DNA from: a bacterium
Lineage (GTDB): Bacteria > UBA8248
Reading direction: 5' to 3'
Length of the DNA: 64,000 nt
NCBI GenBank assembly: GCA_963692865.2
Contig: OY843592.1
Location: 2,624,001 to 2,688,000, forward strand
Position numbers and translations under genes: made by a program. Shown in pieces: positions 51,492-60,251 of the stretch. The notes under the pieces were generated by a model. The model saw only the letters and a list, made by a program, of their open reading frames with translations. It was not told where the DNA came from and searched no databases. The number at the start of each line of letters is the position of its first letter. The first letter of the stretch is position 1.

Positions 51492-51963
51492 GTTTTCCAC
51501 CGAAGAGGTCGGAGAGGAGTGGCTGCGCGAACTCTACAAGGTGATCGCGCTGCGCCGCGGCACCATGTTCCGGCTCATCACCGAGTCGGCGCGCATGCTG
51601 CTCTACGGCAACGCGGGCGGCACGGCGTTGATCATCGGCTTCATGAGCAACACCTCGAAGGCGGAAAATACGTTCTACCACTGGACGCTCCTGCTGGCTT
51701 TGATCGTGTTCGGAGCCGGCGTTCTCATGGCGGCGCTCACCCTGGTGCTGGTGACCCTGGTTTCGGTGAAAGAGGCGCACGGGGCGGAAGACGGACTCAA
51801 GGAGTTCGTCGACGGCAATCTGGATCGCACGAAAGTGCTGTTCACGGTGAAAAACGAGACGTTTCGCCTCGCGGACTACACCACGGTGGCCGGCACCGTC
51901 AGCGCCGCGTGTTTCATGATCGGCGGCCTGCTCAGCCTCTTCCTGTTGGTTCTGTTCTTCTAG
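51475..51963 (+). CDS. Small membrane protein of unknown function
   Basis: About 3 hydrophobic segments (LLYGNAGGTALII...); overlaps the upstream stop; GC3-rich codons. Confidence 0.7.
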   Translation: MKKVDEFSTEEVGEEWLRELYKVIALRRGTMFRLITESARMLLYGNAGGTALIIGFMSNTSKAENTFYHWTLLLALIVFGAGVLMAALTLVLVTLVSVKEAHGAEDGLKEFVDGNLDRTKVLFTVKNETFRLADYTTVAGTVSAACFMIGGLLSLFLLVLFF

Positions 51964-52159
51964 GCCTCCCGAGGGGACAAAAGCGAACCTCCCCGCTTCG
52001 GTAAGATTCCTCCCGCATCAGCCGCGATTGGCCCCCGTTTCCCTCCCCTCGCCTCGTGTTGTATGATGATCCGCGTTGCAACGCGCGCGTTATGGAAGAG
52101 CGCCGCGAGTACGGCATATACCGCCCCCCGGCGAGACCGGGTCATTCGGGAGACAGGCA

Positions 52160-52570
52160 ATGGCCGAGACAGTTCGTGAAGTCCCCTACTACTACATGAT
52201 CGCGTCGAACAAGCCGGGAGAGGGCGCCGCCCTCTCCGCCATGCTGAAGGAGTCGGGCGTCGGCCTGCTGGCGGTGCACGCCTTCCCCGAGCGCAGGCGC
52301 GTTCAGGTCGACATCGTGCCCGAGGACGCGCGCGCCTTCACCGCCTTCGCGCGAAAGGCGAAGATCAAGCTCAGCCCCCGGAAGAAGGCCTTCCTCGTCG
52401 AGGGCACGGACCGCACGGGCGCGCTGGTGCCGGTCTTCGCCAAGCTCGCGGACGCAGGCATCAACATCACCGCCATCACGGCCATCGCCGCGGGCCGGAA
52501 GCGCTACGGCGCCATCTTCTGGGTGAATCCCAAGGACCAGCGCCGGGCCAAGAAAGCGCTGGGGGCGTAG
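52160..52570 (+). CDS. Tandem ACT-domain protein
   Basis: NKPGEG and DRTGAL...KLADAGINI motifs. Confidence 0.82.
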   Translation: MAETVREVPYYYMIASNKPGEGAALSAMLKESGVGLLAVHAFPERRRVQVDIVPEDARAFTAFARKAKIKLSPRKKAFLVEGTDRTGALVPVFAKLADAGINITAITAIAAGRKRYGAIFWVNPKDQRRAKKALGA

Positions 52571-52608
52571 ACGCGCGAGCGAAAAGGTAAGGCTTGCCGC
52601 TCTTCGCA

Positions 52609-52942
52609 GCCGGACAGGCGAAGGAGCCTGTCCGGGGACCTTCGTGTCCGCCGCCTTTCTTTGAAGAAAATTGAGAATACTGTAGGGGCGGTTCACGAAC
52701 TGTGGAGCGACCCCGGGAGAGATCGCCCCCTATCCGTATCCTATCCGTATAAGAAGGCACTTACCTTTCCTCTCAAGGCGGTCTTGCCCAAGAGTCGTCA
52801 TTCCGGCGTATGCCGGAATCCAGAACCGACGAAGGGGGAGACACGGCGGGTTTTATTCCCTGCCCTCATGGGATAGGCATGACGGCAAAAAAAGAAAGGC
52901 GAAAAACAAATTTCCTCGATTCCGGCATACGCCGGAATGACG
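52609..52942. repeat. REP cluster (GTAG and CGTC families)
   Basis: ccggacaggcgaaggagcctgtccgg; gtaggggcggttcacgaac; CGTC doublet 52796-52822 / 52916-52942. Confidence 0.8.
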
Positions 52943-52952
52943 GTGTGAAACA

Positions 52953-53417
52953 CTACAACCCCAACTCCATGAAGAGCGCGCCCTCCACGGGATTCTCCGC
53001 ATACGGGTCTATCTCCCTGAAACCCATCGAGCGGTACAGGGCGACGGCCGCGCGCATGGCGGGCAGCGTATGGAGGCGCAGGGCGGCGTAGCCCATCTCC
53101 CGCGCCTCCCGGACGATTCGCTCCGCACACCTTCTCCCCAGGCCGCGTCCCCTGAAACCGGGCCTCAGATAAAGCCGCTTCATCTCGCATACGCCGCCGC
53201 CGAGGTCGCGCAGGGCGACGCAGCCCGCAGTCCGCTCCCCCGAGCGCAGGATGAGAAACCTCCCGCCCGGCGGGCCGTAGGCGCGCTCCAGAGCCTCGAC
53301 TTCCTCCTCGAAGCCCTGAAAGCACAGGTCCACCTCGCTCTCGGCCTCGTACTCGCGCAGCAGCACCCTCGCTTCGCGGTAGTCTTCTTCCGTCTCAGCG
53401 ATGATGAATTCGGGCAT
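52953..53417 (-). CDS. GNAT acetyltransferase
   Basis: DLCFQGF, CEMKRLY.RP.FRGRGLG, LYRSMGF. Confidence 0.92.
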   Translation of the reverse strand: MPEFIIAETEEDYREARVLLREYEAESEVDLCFQGFEEEVEALERAYGPPGGRFLILRSGERTAGCVALRDLGGGVCEMKRLYLRPGFRGRGLGRRCAERIVREAREMGYAALRLHTLPAMRAAVALYRSMGFREIDPYAENPVEGALFMELGL

Positions 53418-53685
53418 TTTCGCACCTCCTCCTCATGCGCATCCTACAGCGGGTGATGGCGACTCGTGAACCGCCCGAAGGGCGACCAAGAAAATTTACA
53501 ACAAGAGCGTAGGGACAGGCCCCCGTGCCTGTCCGAGGTCGCGACTGTCCTTCCATTCGACTATTTCCTGCGCGAAGGCGACCTCTCCCCTCTTCCCCCA
53601 CGCCGATGATGACGCGAACTCCACCCGCGCTTATAATGGCGTATCGCCCGATTGCGGATTATGGGAATGAAGGAGGCCTTGCGCC

Positions 53686-54021
53686 ATGACGCGAGTCGAC
53701 GACGCGCTTCTCCGGCGGATGGTCGAAACCATCGTGGACGAAGTCGATCCCGAGCAGGTGATCCTCTTCGGCTCACGCGCGCGCGGCGAGGCGGCGGCGG
53801 ACTCCGATGTGGATTTTGTGGTGGTGGAAGCCGCGCCCTTTGGCGCCGGACGGAACAGGCGCGCCGAGACGACGCGTCTTTGGCGCGCGCTGGCGGGTTT
53901 CGATGTTTCCAAAGACATTCTGCTCTTCAGCCGCGACGAAGTGGAATACTGGCGTGATTCCCTCAACCACGTGCTGGCGCGCGCCCTGCGCGAAGGCGAA
54001 GTACTCTATGAGCGACATTAA
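53686..54021 (+). CDS. Minimal nucleotidyltransferase (MNT) antitoxin
   Basis: ILFGSRARG...DSDVDFVVV; EGEVLYER. Confidence 0.9.
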   Translation: MTRVDDALLRRMVETIVDEVDPEQVILFGSRARGEAAADSDVDFVVVEAAPFGAGRNRRAETTRLWRALAGFDVSKDILLFSRDEVEYWRDSLNHVLARALREGEVLYERH

Positions 54022-54034
54022 GCAGGCTGGCTAA
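54008..54034 (+). pseudogene. Possible truncated HEPN toxin start
   Basis: Overlapping ATG (MSDIKQAG*) where the HEPN partner of an MNT normally begins. Confidence 0.35.
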
Positions 54035-54126
54035 GCCCCTCTCTGATTGATCCCTGCACCTCCTTGCGCCAGAATGCGCGCGTTCACTCTCATCCGTTCA
54101 CGCTTTCATCAGAAAAGGAATTCACC

Positions 54127-54789
54127 ATGCCGATAAACGAAGCCACCGGTCTTTCAGGCGACATGGGCGTCACCGAGGAGATGATGGCCTGCCCCCTGCC
54201 CCGCGTGCCGCTCATCGACCCGGACGACATCCCCGAACATCTGGCCGAAGAACTCGCGCCCCTCTATGAGCGCGGCGTGAAGCGCTGGGGCAAGGTGTCG
54301 CGCTTCCTGCGCCTGCTCGGCTGGGCGCCCGGCTTCGTCGAGGGCTGGCAGATCATGGACGGAAAGCTCAGGGTCCAGCACCGCGACTCCGACCCCGAAT
54401 ACCTCCACATGGCCCAGCTCGTCATCATCAAGACGGCCATCCTGACCGAGTGCAACAACTGACTCGGGCACAACGTCGAGCTCGGTCGGGCTCAGGGCAT
54501 CGAACAGGAAAAAATCAATCTGCTGGAAGGCGACGGCTGGCGCGACAGCGCGCTCTTTAACGAGAAGGAAAAGGCCGTCATCAACTGGGCGGAGGAAGTC
54601 ACGAACTTAACAGCGAAAGAGAACGACGCGGCCTTCGAGGCCATGAAGAAGCACTTCTCCACCGAGCAGCTCGTCTCCCTCACCCTCATCTGCGGGCTGT
54701 GGAACCTGACGGGCCGCGTGGCCGAGGCTTTGCACCTCGTCGTGGAACCCCCCGGCGAGCGCATCGCGTTTCAGGAGGGCGGTGAGTAG
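54127..54789 (+). CDS. AhpD/carboxymuconolactone decarboxylase-like selenoprotein (Sec encoded by TGA 54460-54462)
   Basis: ELVI-like QLVIIKTAILTECNN-U-LGH continues in frame for 108 more codons (GIEQEKI...FNEKEKAVINWAEEVT...HFSTEQLV.LT); SECIS-like hairpin. Confidence 0.88.
54478..54493 (+). promoter_or_regulatory. Putative bacterial SECIS hairpin
   Basis: GAGCTC-GGTC-GGGCTC; loop begins 21 nt after the UGA. Confidence 0.7.
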
Positions 54790-54811
54790 GGGGGATAGTT
54801 GTGAAAAGGTC

Positions 54812-54966
54812 GTAGGGGCGGACCTGCGTGTCCGCCCGCTTGTAGGTATCAATCTTCATAACGATAATAGAATGATAAAACACGGCGAACGCAAAGGGCG
54901 GACACGCAGGTCCGCCCCTACAAAACCATCGAACCCCACCGCTTCGGGCACTTTTTCAACAACTCC
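54812..54966. repeat. GTAG REP doublet plus right TIR
   Basis: gtaggggcggacctgcgtgtccgccc ... gggcggacacgcaggtccgcccctac; CTTTTTCAACAACTCC. Confidence 0.82.
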
Positions 54967-54996
54967 GTATACGCGCCTCTTCTTTTCTAAGAAGAA

Positions 54997-55176
54997 CTAT
55001 ACCCCAGGTATCGGATCCCCTGCCTCCTCCAAAACTTCGATATAGCCCTCGATGGCTTCCCGGATATTCTGAATGGCTTCTTTTCTGGATTGGCCCTGGC
55101 TGATGCACCCGGGCAAGCTCGGGCATTCGGCAAGCCAGTATCCATCCTCTCCGGGCTTGATGATGACCTGTCTCAA
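54997..55176 (-). CDS. Short HicB-family antitoxin (orphan)
   Basis: GEDGYWLAECPSLPGCISQG.S..EAI.NIREAI. Confidence 0.82.
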   Translation of the reverse strand: MRQVIIKPGEDGYWLAECPSLPGCISQGQSRKEAIQNIREAIEGYIEVLEEAGDPIPGV

Positions 55177-55231
55177 CCGTTTTCTCCCATGTATTCTTTT
55201 GAGAAAGGGAAGCTCTGCTGCTTGTGCCGCC

Positions 55232-55843
55232 TCATGGCGTGACGCCCACAAGCACCAGAGGAACGGCGGGAACCCCGCGGCCTTGCCGCAGGACGTTCAG
55301 CAAATCCCGCTCGTAGTAGGCGACGCCGGAAGACATCTCCCGCTCCAGTTCCTTCATGGGAAGTATCTCCACTCCTACGTCGATGATGTCGGAAACGTAG
55401 AAGCTCAAATGCTTTACGAACAGATCATGCGCGACGAAGGCGTACTTGCCGAACTGAACCTCCACCGCGACGCGCTCTTTTACGAAATCCGTCTGGTTGT
55501 AGGACATGATGGGTTCGTGTCCCGCTTCTTCGATGGCGCGTTTCTGCTCGCTTTCCGACAGGCCGTATATGCCACGCATGAGCTTCTCGTCCGCCGTGAG
55601 CCAGAAAGTGCTCCTGCGTTCGCTCCAGCCCCGGGCCTTGAGGCCATCCTTGAATGCGCGGTTCATATCGGCGGGCGAGAACAGCAACTTTCCGGGCATG
55701 GTCTTTTCTCTGGAGACCTTGGTCCGGCAAGCCATCGCGTCGACTTCCGCGATGACTTCCTGCACCTCATCCCATAACCGTTTGCGGTGGACAAGCAGAT
55801 ATTCCTCGCCGTTCAGATGAGAATACTTGGCTTTGATGCGCAC
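55232..55843 (-). CDS. BglII/BstYI-family type II restriction endonuclease
   Basis: NQTDFVKERVAVEVQFGKY (D...ExQ catalytic motif), DVGVEI.P. Confidence 0.85.
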   Translation of the reverse strand: MRIKAKYSHLNGEEYLLVHRKRLWDEVQEVIAEVDAMACRTKVSREKTMPGKLLFSPADMNRAFKDGLKARGWSERRSTFWLTADEKLMRGIYGLSESEQKRAIEEAGHEPIMSYNQTDFVKERVAVEVQFGKYAFVAHDLFVKHLSFYVSDIIDVGVEILPMKELEREMSSGVAYYERDLLNVLRQGRGVPAVPLVLVGVTP

Positions 55844-56757
55844 TAATGACCGCCGTTTGGTTTGGCGGGGTCATAGATGGGCTTTCCCATCGGGCGCGTT
55901 TTCAAGGTTCCCGCATACAGCTTACGCACCCGGTCGAGCGCGATGTCCGCGTATTCGGAAACGACGTCGCAGCCATAGGCCGTTCTCTCGTGCTTGAGAG
56001 CGGCGATGATGGAAGAGCCGACGCCCATGTAGGGGTCGAACACCGCATCGCCCGCATCCGTCATGGAAAGAACCAAGCGCTCCACCAACTCGACGGGGAA
56101 CTGGCAGGGGTGAATCGTTTTTTCGGGGTGATTGCTCTTCACGTTCGGAAAAATCCACACGTCGCTCGGGTTCTTTCCCTTGGGATTCCCCGATAGTTTT
56201 CCGATGTTCGGCCCCTTGAAGTGTTTCTTGCCCGGATACTTCGCAGGCACCCGTATCGGGTCGAGGTTCCAGGTGTAATCGTCGCCCTTCGTCCACCAGT
56301 TGATGGTTTCGTATCGGCCCGAGAGCCGCTTGGTGCAGTGAAGCCCGTGGCCGAAGCTCCAGACGATTCGGTTGCGGAGCTTGAGACCCTGCGCCCGAAA
56401 AACGGGATATAGAACCGCGTCGAGCGGAATGATCTCACCGTTTTCCACATAGTTGCCGACCTGCCAGCAGATGGAGCCTTTGGGGTGCAGGAGACGCACG
56501 CACTCGCGTATCACCCGCTCCTGCGCTTCGATGTAATCATCGATCGGGGTTCTCGATTCGTATTCCTTCCCCAGGTTGTAGGGGGGCGAGGTGACGATGA
56601 GCTTCATCCGCTCATCGGGAAACTCGGCCATGAAAACGAGGTTGTCCGCGCACGCGAGGACGGGTTGGCTTTTTGGTTCTTCCCCCTCCAATCGAGGGAG
56701 CATGTCCTGCATCGGCTGCCGCGCCGTGCTTTCAACATTCGAAGCGGCGTTGGTCAT
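55843..56757 (-). CDS. Beta-class N4-cytosine/N6-adenine DNA methyltransferase
   Basis: TSPPY (motif IV) precedes HPCQFP and FDPYMGVGS (motif I). Confidence 0.93.
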   Translation of the reverse strand: MTNAASNVESTARQPMQDMLPRLEGEEPKSQPVLACADNLVFMAEFPDERMKLIVTSPPYNLGKEYESRTPIDDYIEAQERVIRECVRLLHPKGSICWQVGNYVENGEIIPLDAVLYPVFRAQGLKLRNRIVWSFGHGLHCTKRLSGRYETINWWTKGDDYTWNLDPIRVPAKYPGKKHFKGPNIGKLSGNPKGKNPSDVWIFPNVKSNHPEKTIHPCQFPVELVERLVLSMTDAGDAVFDPYMGVGSSIIAALKHERTAYGCDVVSEYADIALDRVRKLYAGTLKTRPMGKPIYDPAKPNGGH

Positions 56758-56804
56758 CCGATTTCCTCACGGGCGGCTAGCAACAAACGGTTGGCAATCT
56801 CAAT

Positions 56805-57227
56805 TTATAACTTGCCTTGATTCGCTAACGCAACGAAGTTCTCCAAATCCATCAAGGTGACCAAATCCGCATGTACCAAATGACGGTTCAGGCCGCCTCC
56901 CAGATAATAATCACGCAAACTCCATCCGGCACCGCCAAGAACAAGATATGCTTTTTTCCCGGCTCCGTTTTGTATCGCTTCGGCGAGACATATTATTTCA
57001 TAAGGAACTTTTTGCTCGGCGGTGCCGGAAACCTGTTGCCACTTGAGAGAGATGAGATATTTATTGTCGTCATCGTCTTTCGCTAACACATCCAGACGAT
57101 GGCGTCTTCCATTCGGCCTTTCGCCGATGAACACCTGCGTTTCATAGTGATATCCGCCATTCGTCAGCGCAGGCAGAACCATCGCCTCCAAGACCCCACC
57201 CGTTCGGGTATCGCGCGCGGCATTCAT
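56805..57227 (-). CDS. Small PD-(D/E)XK nuclease
   Basis: G..LE, H.LD, ISLKWQQVSGTAEQKVPYE; ATGA-coupled to the Dam-family MTase. Confidence 0.78.
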   Translation of the reverse strand: MNAARDTRTGGVLEAMVLPALTNGGYHYETQVFIGERPNGRRHRLDVLAKDDDDNKYLISLKWQQVSGTAEQKVPYEIICLAEAIQNGAGKKAYLVLGGAGWSLRDYYLGGGLNRHLVHADLVTLMDLENFVALANQGKL

Positions 57228-58063
57228 GTTTCCATTCCCCTCACCGCCAGCACCTCCATCGCGGGAGAGCGATCCCCCGTGCAACTGATGCGGCGCGGGC
57301 CTTCGAGGAACGAGAGCGTGAAGCCGTTTTTCTCATAAAGCGCCACGATTCTCTCCGTCGCCTGGTTCGAGAGGACGACGGGACCTTCGTGCGCGGCGAG
57401 AAATTCCGCGAGCCGCACCTGATCCGCCCAGCCAAAATCCTCCTTGGCGTATTTGGTGAACTGGACGTCATACGGAGGGTCCGCGTAGATGAAATCACCG
57501 GGCTCGACCGGGAGCGCCTCGAAGTCTTCGCAGTGAAACTCCCAGCCTTCAAAAACCTCCCGGTAGGCCGAGAAATCCCGGGCATAGTTGATTCGCTTGT
57601 AGCGCCCGAAGGGGACGTTGAACTCGCCCTTGCTGTTGAAGCGGCAAAGCCCGTTGTAGCCCGTGCGGTTCAGGTAATAGAAAAGCTCCGCCGCCTCCTT
57701 GTTGCGCCCCCGTCCGCTCATGAGGAGTTCGTTGAACCGCTCCCTGTGAGCGTAGTAGGTCTCAGACTCGTTTCGCATGTCGGTCCGCGCGCGTGAGAAT
57801 CCCTTCTTGAGCCAGGCGTAGAAGTTCATAAGCGGGGCGTTGATGTCGTTCAGGAGCGCCCTCTCGGGGCGGAGGCCGAGCGCGACCGCCAGCCCGCCGC
57901 AGAAAGGCTCCACGAGGCGGCGCTCGCCGTGTTTTTTCCAGTACGCTTTAATGTGCGGGACGAGCCACCGCTTGCCGCCGGCCCATTTGAGCGGCGGGCC
58001 GGGTTTCTCATCGACTGCGTTGAGCTTCGCTTTGCGAACGCGCGCTTTCGTACTCGTGACCAT
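57224..58063 (-). CDS. Dam/D12-class alpha DNA adenine methyltransferase
   Basis: LKWAGGK, EPFCGG, YLNRTGYNGLCRFN..G.FNVPFG, DPPY. Confidence 0.94.
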   Translation of the reverse strand: MVTSTKARVRKAKLNAVDEKPGPPLKWAGGKRWLVPHIKAYWKKHGERRLVEPFCGGLAVALGLRPERALLNDINAPLMNFYAWLKKGFSRARTDMRNESETYYAHRERFNELLMSGRGRNKEAAELFYYLNRTGYNGLCRFNSKGEFNVPFGRYKRINYARDFSAYREVFEGWEFHCEDFEALPVEPGDFIYADPPYDVQFTKYAKEDFGWADQVRLAEFLAAHEGPVVLSNQATERIVALYEKNGFTLSFLEGPRRISCTGDRSPAMEVLAVRGMET

Positions 58064-58213
58064 TCGCTGTCCCGGGATGTGTCTTTGGGCGGATGCGGAC
58101 ACTTTATCACAAAGCGACGCCGGGGCCACTAATCCACAGGCGCAGAATAGCGATGGCGCATTTTCGCCGAGCGAAGTGATTGCGCTTTTCTTAAATTGTT
58201 ATTACGATTAGCC

Positions 58214-58465
58214 ATGCAATACGAATGGGACGAGAACAAACGGGAGGCCAATCTTGACAAGCATAATGTCGATTTCCTCACCGCCCTAGAGTTTGACTGG
58301 CAGACGGCTTTGGTCTACGAGGATGCGCGCACTGAATATGACGAACGACGTTTTTGGGCTTTGAGACAGATTCAGGAGCGGGTCCATGTTCTGGTATTCA
58401 CCCGCCGTGAATCGTTCGTCCGGATCATAAGCCTACGCAAAGCGAATCAAAGAGAAACGAGGTAA
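58214..58465 (+). CDS. BrnT toxin (possibly clipped at the C-terminus)
   Basis: YEWDENK...N..KH.VDF, RIISLRKAN.RE; TAA precedes a YAEHRA tail. Confidence 0.85.
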   Translation: MQYEWDENKREANLDKHNVDFLTALEFDWQTALVYEDARTEYDERRFWALRQIQERVHVLVFTRRESFVRIISLRKANQRETR

Positions 58466-58499
58466 TACGCGGAACATCGCGCATAACGAAGGAGTGAAG

Positions 58500-58808
58500 A
58501 TGGCGAGAAAGCGAAAGAATCAGGCACCGCCAGAGGCGGAGGATCGCCCACTGAGCAAGGAGATGCTGGAGAAGATGCGTCCTGCCTCAGAGGTCGTGCC
58601 CGAGATCGTCGCGGCCCACGCACGAGGAGAACTGGTGAGCACCCCTCCCCGCCGTTTTCGCGGGCCGCAGAAAAAGCCCACCAAGGTGCAGACCACCATT
58701 CGCCTCGACGCGGACGTGGTGGCGCACTTCAAAGCAGGCGGCAGGGGGTGGCAATCCCGCATCAACACCGCCCTGCGCAATACCGCGTTCGGCGGCAACG
58801 CGGACTGA
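58500..58808 (+). CDS. BrnA antitoxin
   Basis: RGPQKKPTK..TIRLDADVV..FKA.G.GWQSRIN.ALR. Confidence 0.92.
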   Translation: MARKRKNQAPPEAEDRPLSKEMLEKMRPASEVVPEIVAAHARGELVSTPPRRFRGPQKKPTKVQTTIRLDADVVAHFKAGGRGWQSRINTALRNTAFGGNAD

Positions 58809-58913
58809 CCCCGGCCGAGCCCCTGGGAGGTGAAAAACCAGCCCTTGGAACGGCCGCGTTTGACGCTCCTTCATCGGGCGCGTCAACTCTCGTCCTGCAC
58901 GCCGCCGTATCTG

Positions 58914-59013
58914 CCTCACCCTGAGTAGCCGCTGAAAGCGGCGTATCGAAGGGCGCTCCCGACGCGGTCCGTCCCTCGATACGGCGCGCGAACGCGCCTA
59001 CTCGGGATGAGGG
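58914..59013. repeat. CTGAG-family REP doublet
   Basis: cctcaccctgagtagccgctgaaagcggcgtatcgaaggg ... ccctcgatacggcgcgcgaacgcgcctactcgggatgagg. Confidence 0.8.
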
Positions 59014-59133
59014 GGCATTTCGTCCCGGGTCAAACACGATTGATGAATGAGTGTTTGACGCGACCTTTTGGAGACGAGGAAAACATCACGCGCAAGGACG
59101 TCGGATGCGCTGCAGGTATTCCCCCCTGCCCCC

Positions 59134-60183
59134 CTACCCCCCGATCTCCGCACGCACGATGGCCGCGCCCTCGGCCATGGACTTGAGCTTGCCGAAGGCG
59201 ACGTCGCGGCTCATGTACTTCATACCGCAATCAGGCGCCAGGATGAGCCGCTCGGGCGATATGTGCTCGAGCGCCGCGCGGATGCGCGCGGCAACGGTTT
59301 CGGGCGTTTCGATCTCGGGGTCGTCGTTGTCGATGACGCCCAGGATGATGGTCTTGTCCGGCAGTTCCTCCAGCACGGCGAGATCGATTTTCGGCTGGGC
59401 CGCCTCGATGGATATCTGGTCGATGGCGCTCTCGTTCAGTTCGGGCAGGAAGGAATAGGCGTCGGGCTTTCCCAGCCCCTGCCAGGCGTGTATGGCCGCG
59501 TAGCCGAAGCACATGTGAAGCGCGGTCGTGCCCTCCACGCCCTTCAGCGCCTCGCCGATCACCTCCACGGCGAACTCCCTGGCGATTTCCGCGCGCGCCT
59601 GCATGTAGGGCTCGTCTATCTGCACCACGTCGGCGCCCGCGGCGAACATGTCCTTCACCTCCTCGTTCACCGCGCGGGCGTAGTCGAGCGCCATCGCCCG
59701 CTGATCGCCGCCGTAGTAGTCATCCTGCGCCTGCTGCGTCATGGTGAAGGGCCCCGGCAGCGTGATCTTGATCTCCCGGTCCGTGTTGGCGCGCAGAAAC
59801 GCCACGTCGCTCACCTCGATGGGCCGGGGGCGGTGGATCTTGCCAATCACGCGGGGGACGGGGTTGTCCCGGCCAGAACGATCCTTCGCATAGCCGTGGC
59901 TCTCGGTATCGATGCCGCCCAGGGCCGTGGAGACGCGGTTCGAATAGCTCTCGCGGCGCGCCTCGCCGTCCGAGATGATATCGATTCCCGCGCGCTCCAT
60001 GTCGCGGATCGCGAGGAGGGTGGCGTCGTCCTGCGCGGCCTCCAGAAACTCGGGCGGGATGCGCCACAACTCCTGCACGCGCACGCGCGGGGGGAGGCGC
60101 GTATTGAGATTCTCGCGGTCGATGAGCCAGTCGGGCTGGGTGTAGCTGCCCACGACGGTGGTGGGCAGTAGTTTTTGGGACAT
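59134..60183 (-). CDS. Cobalamin-independent methionine synthase family, catalytic-domain-only protein
   Basis: TTVVGSY, SDGE.RR, PGPFT, QIDEP, HMC.GY, PDCG Zn ligands. Confidence 0.9.
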   Translation of the reverse strand: MSQKLLPTTVVGSYTQPDWLIDRENLNTRLPPRVRVQELWRIPPEFLEAAQDDATLLAIRDMERAGIDIISDGEARRESYSNRVSTALGGIDTESHGYAKDRSGRDNPVPRVIGKIHRPRPIEVSDVAFLRANTDREIKITLPGPFTMTQQAQDDYYGGDQRAMALDYARAVNEEVKDMFAAGADVVQIDEPYMQARAEIAREFAVEVIGEALKGVEGTTALHMCFGYAAIHAWQGLGKPDAYSFLPELNESAIDQISIEAAQPKIDLAVLEELPDKTIILGVIDNDDPEIETPETVAARIRAALEHISPERLILAPDCGMKYMSRDVAFGKLKSMAEGAAIVRAEIGG

Positions 60184-60251
60184 CGGGGTTTCCTCCTCGC
60201 ATCGCTGAAGCCGAGTCCGGCTCCGTTTGTCGCATTACCCTCAGAAAAGTC

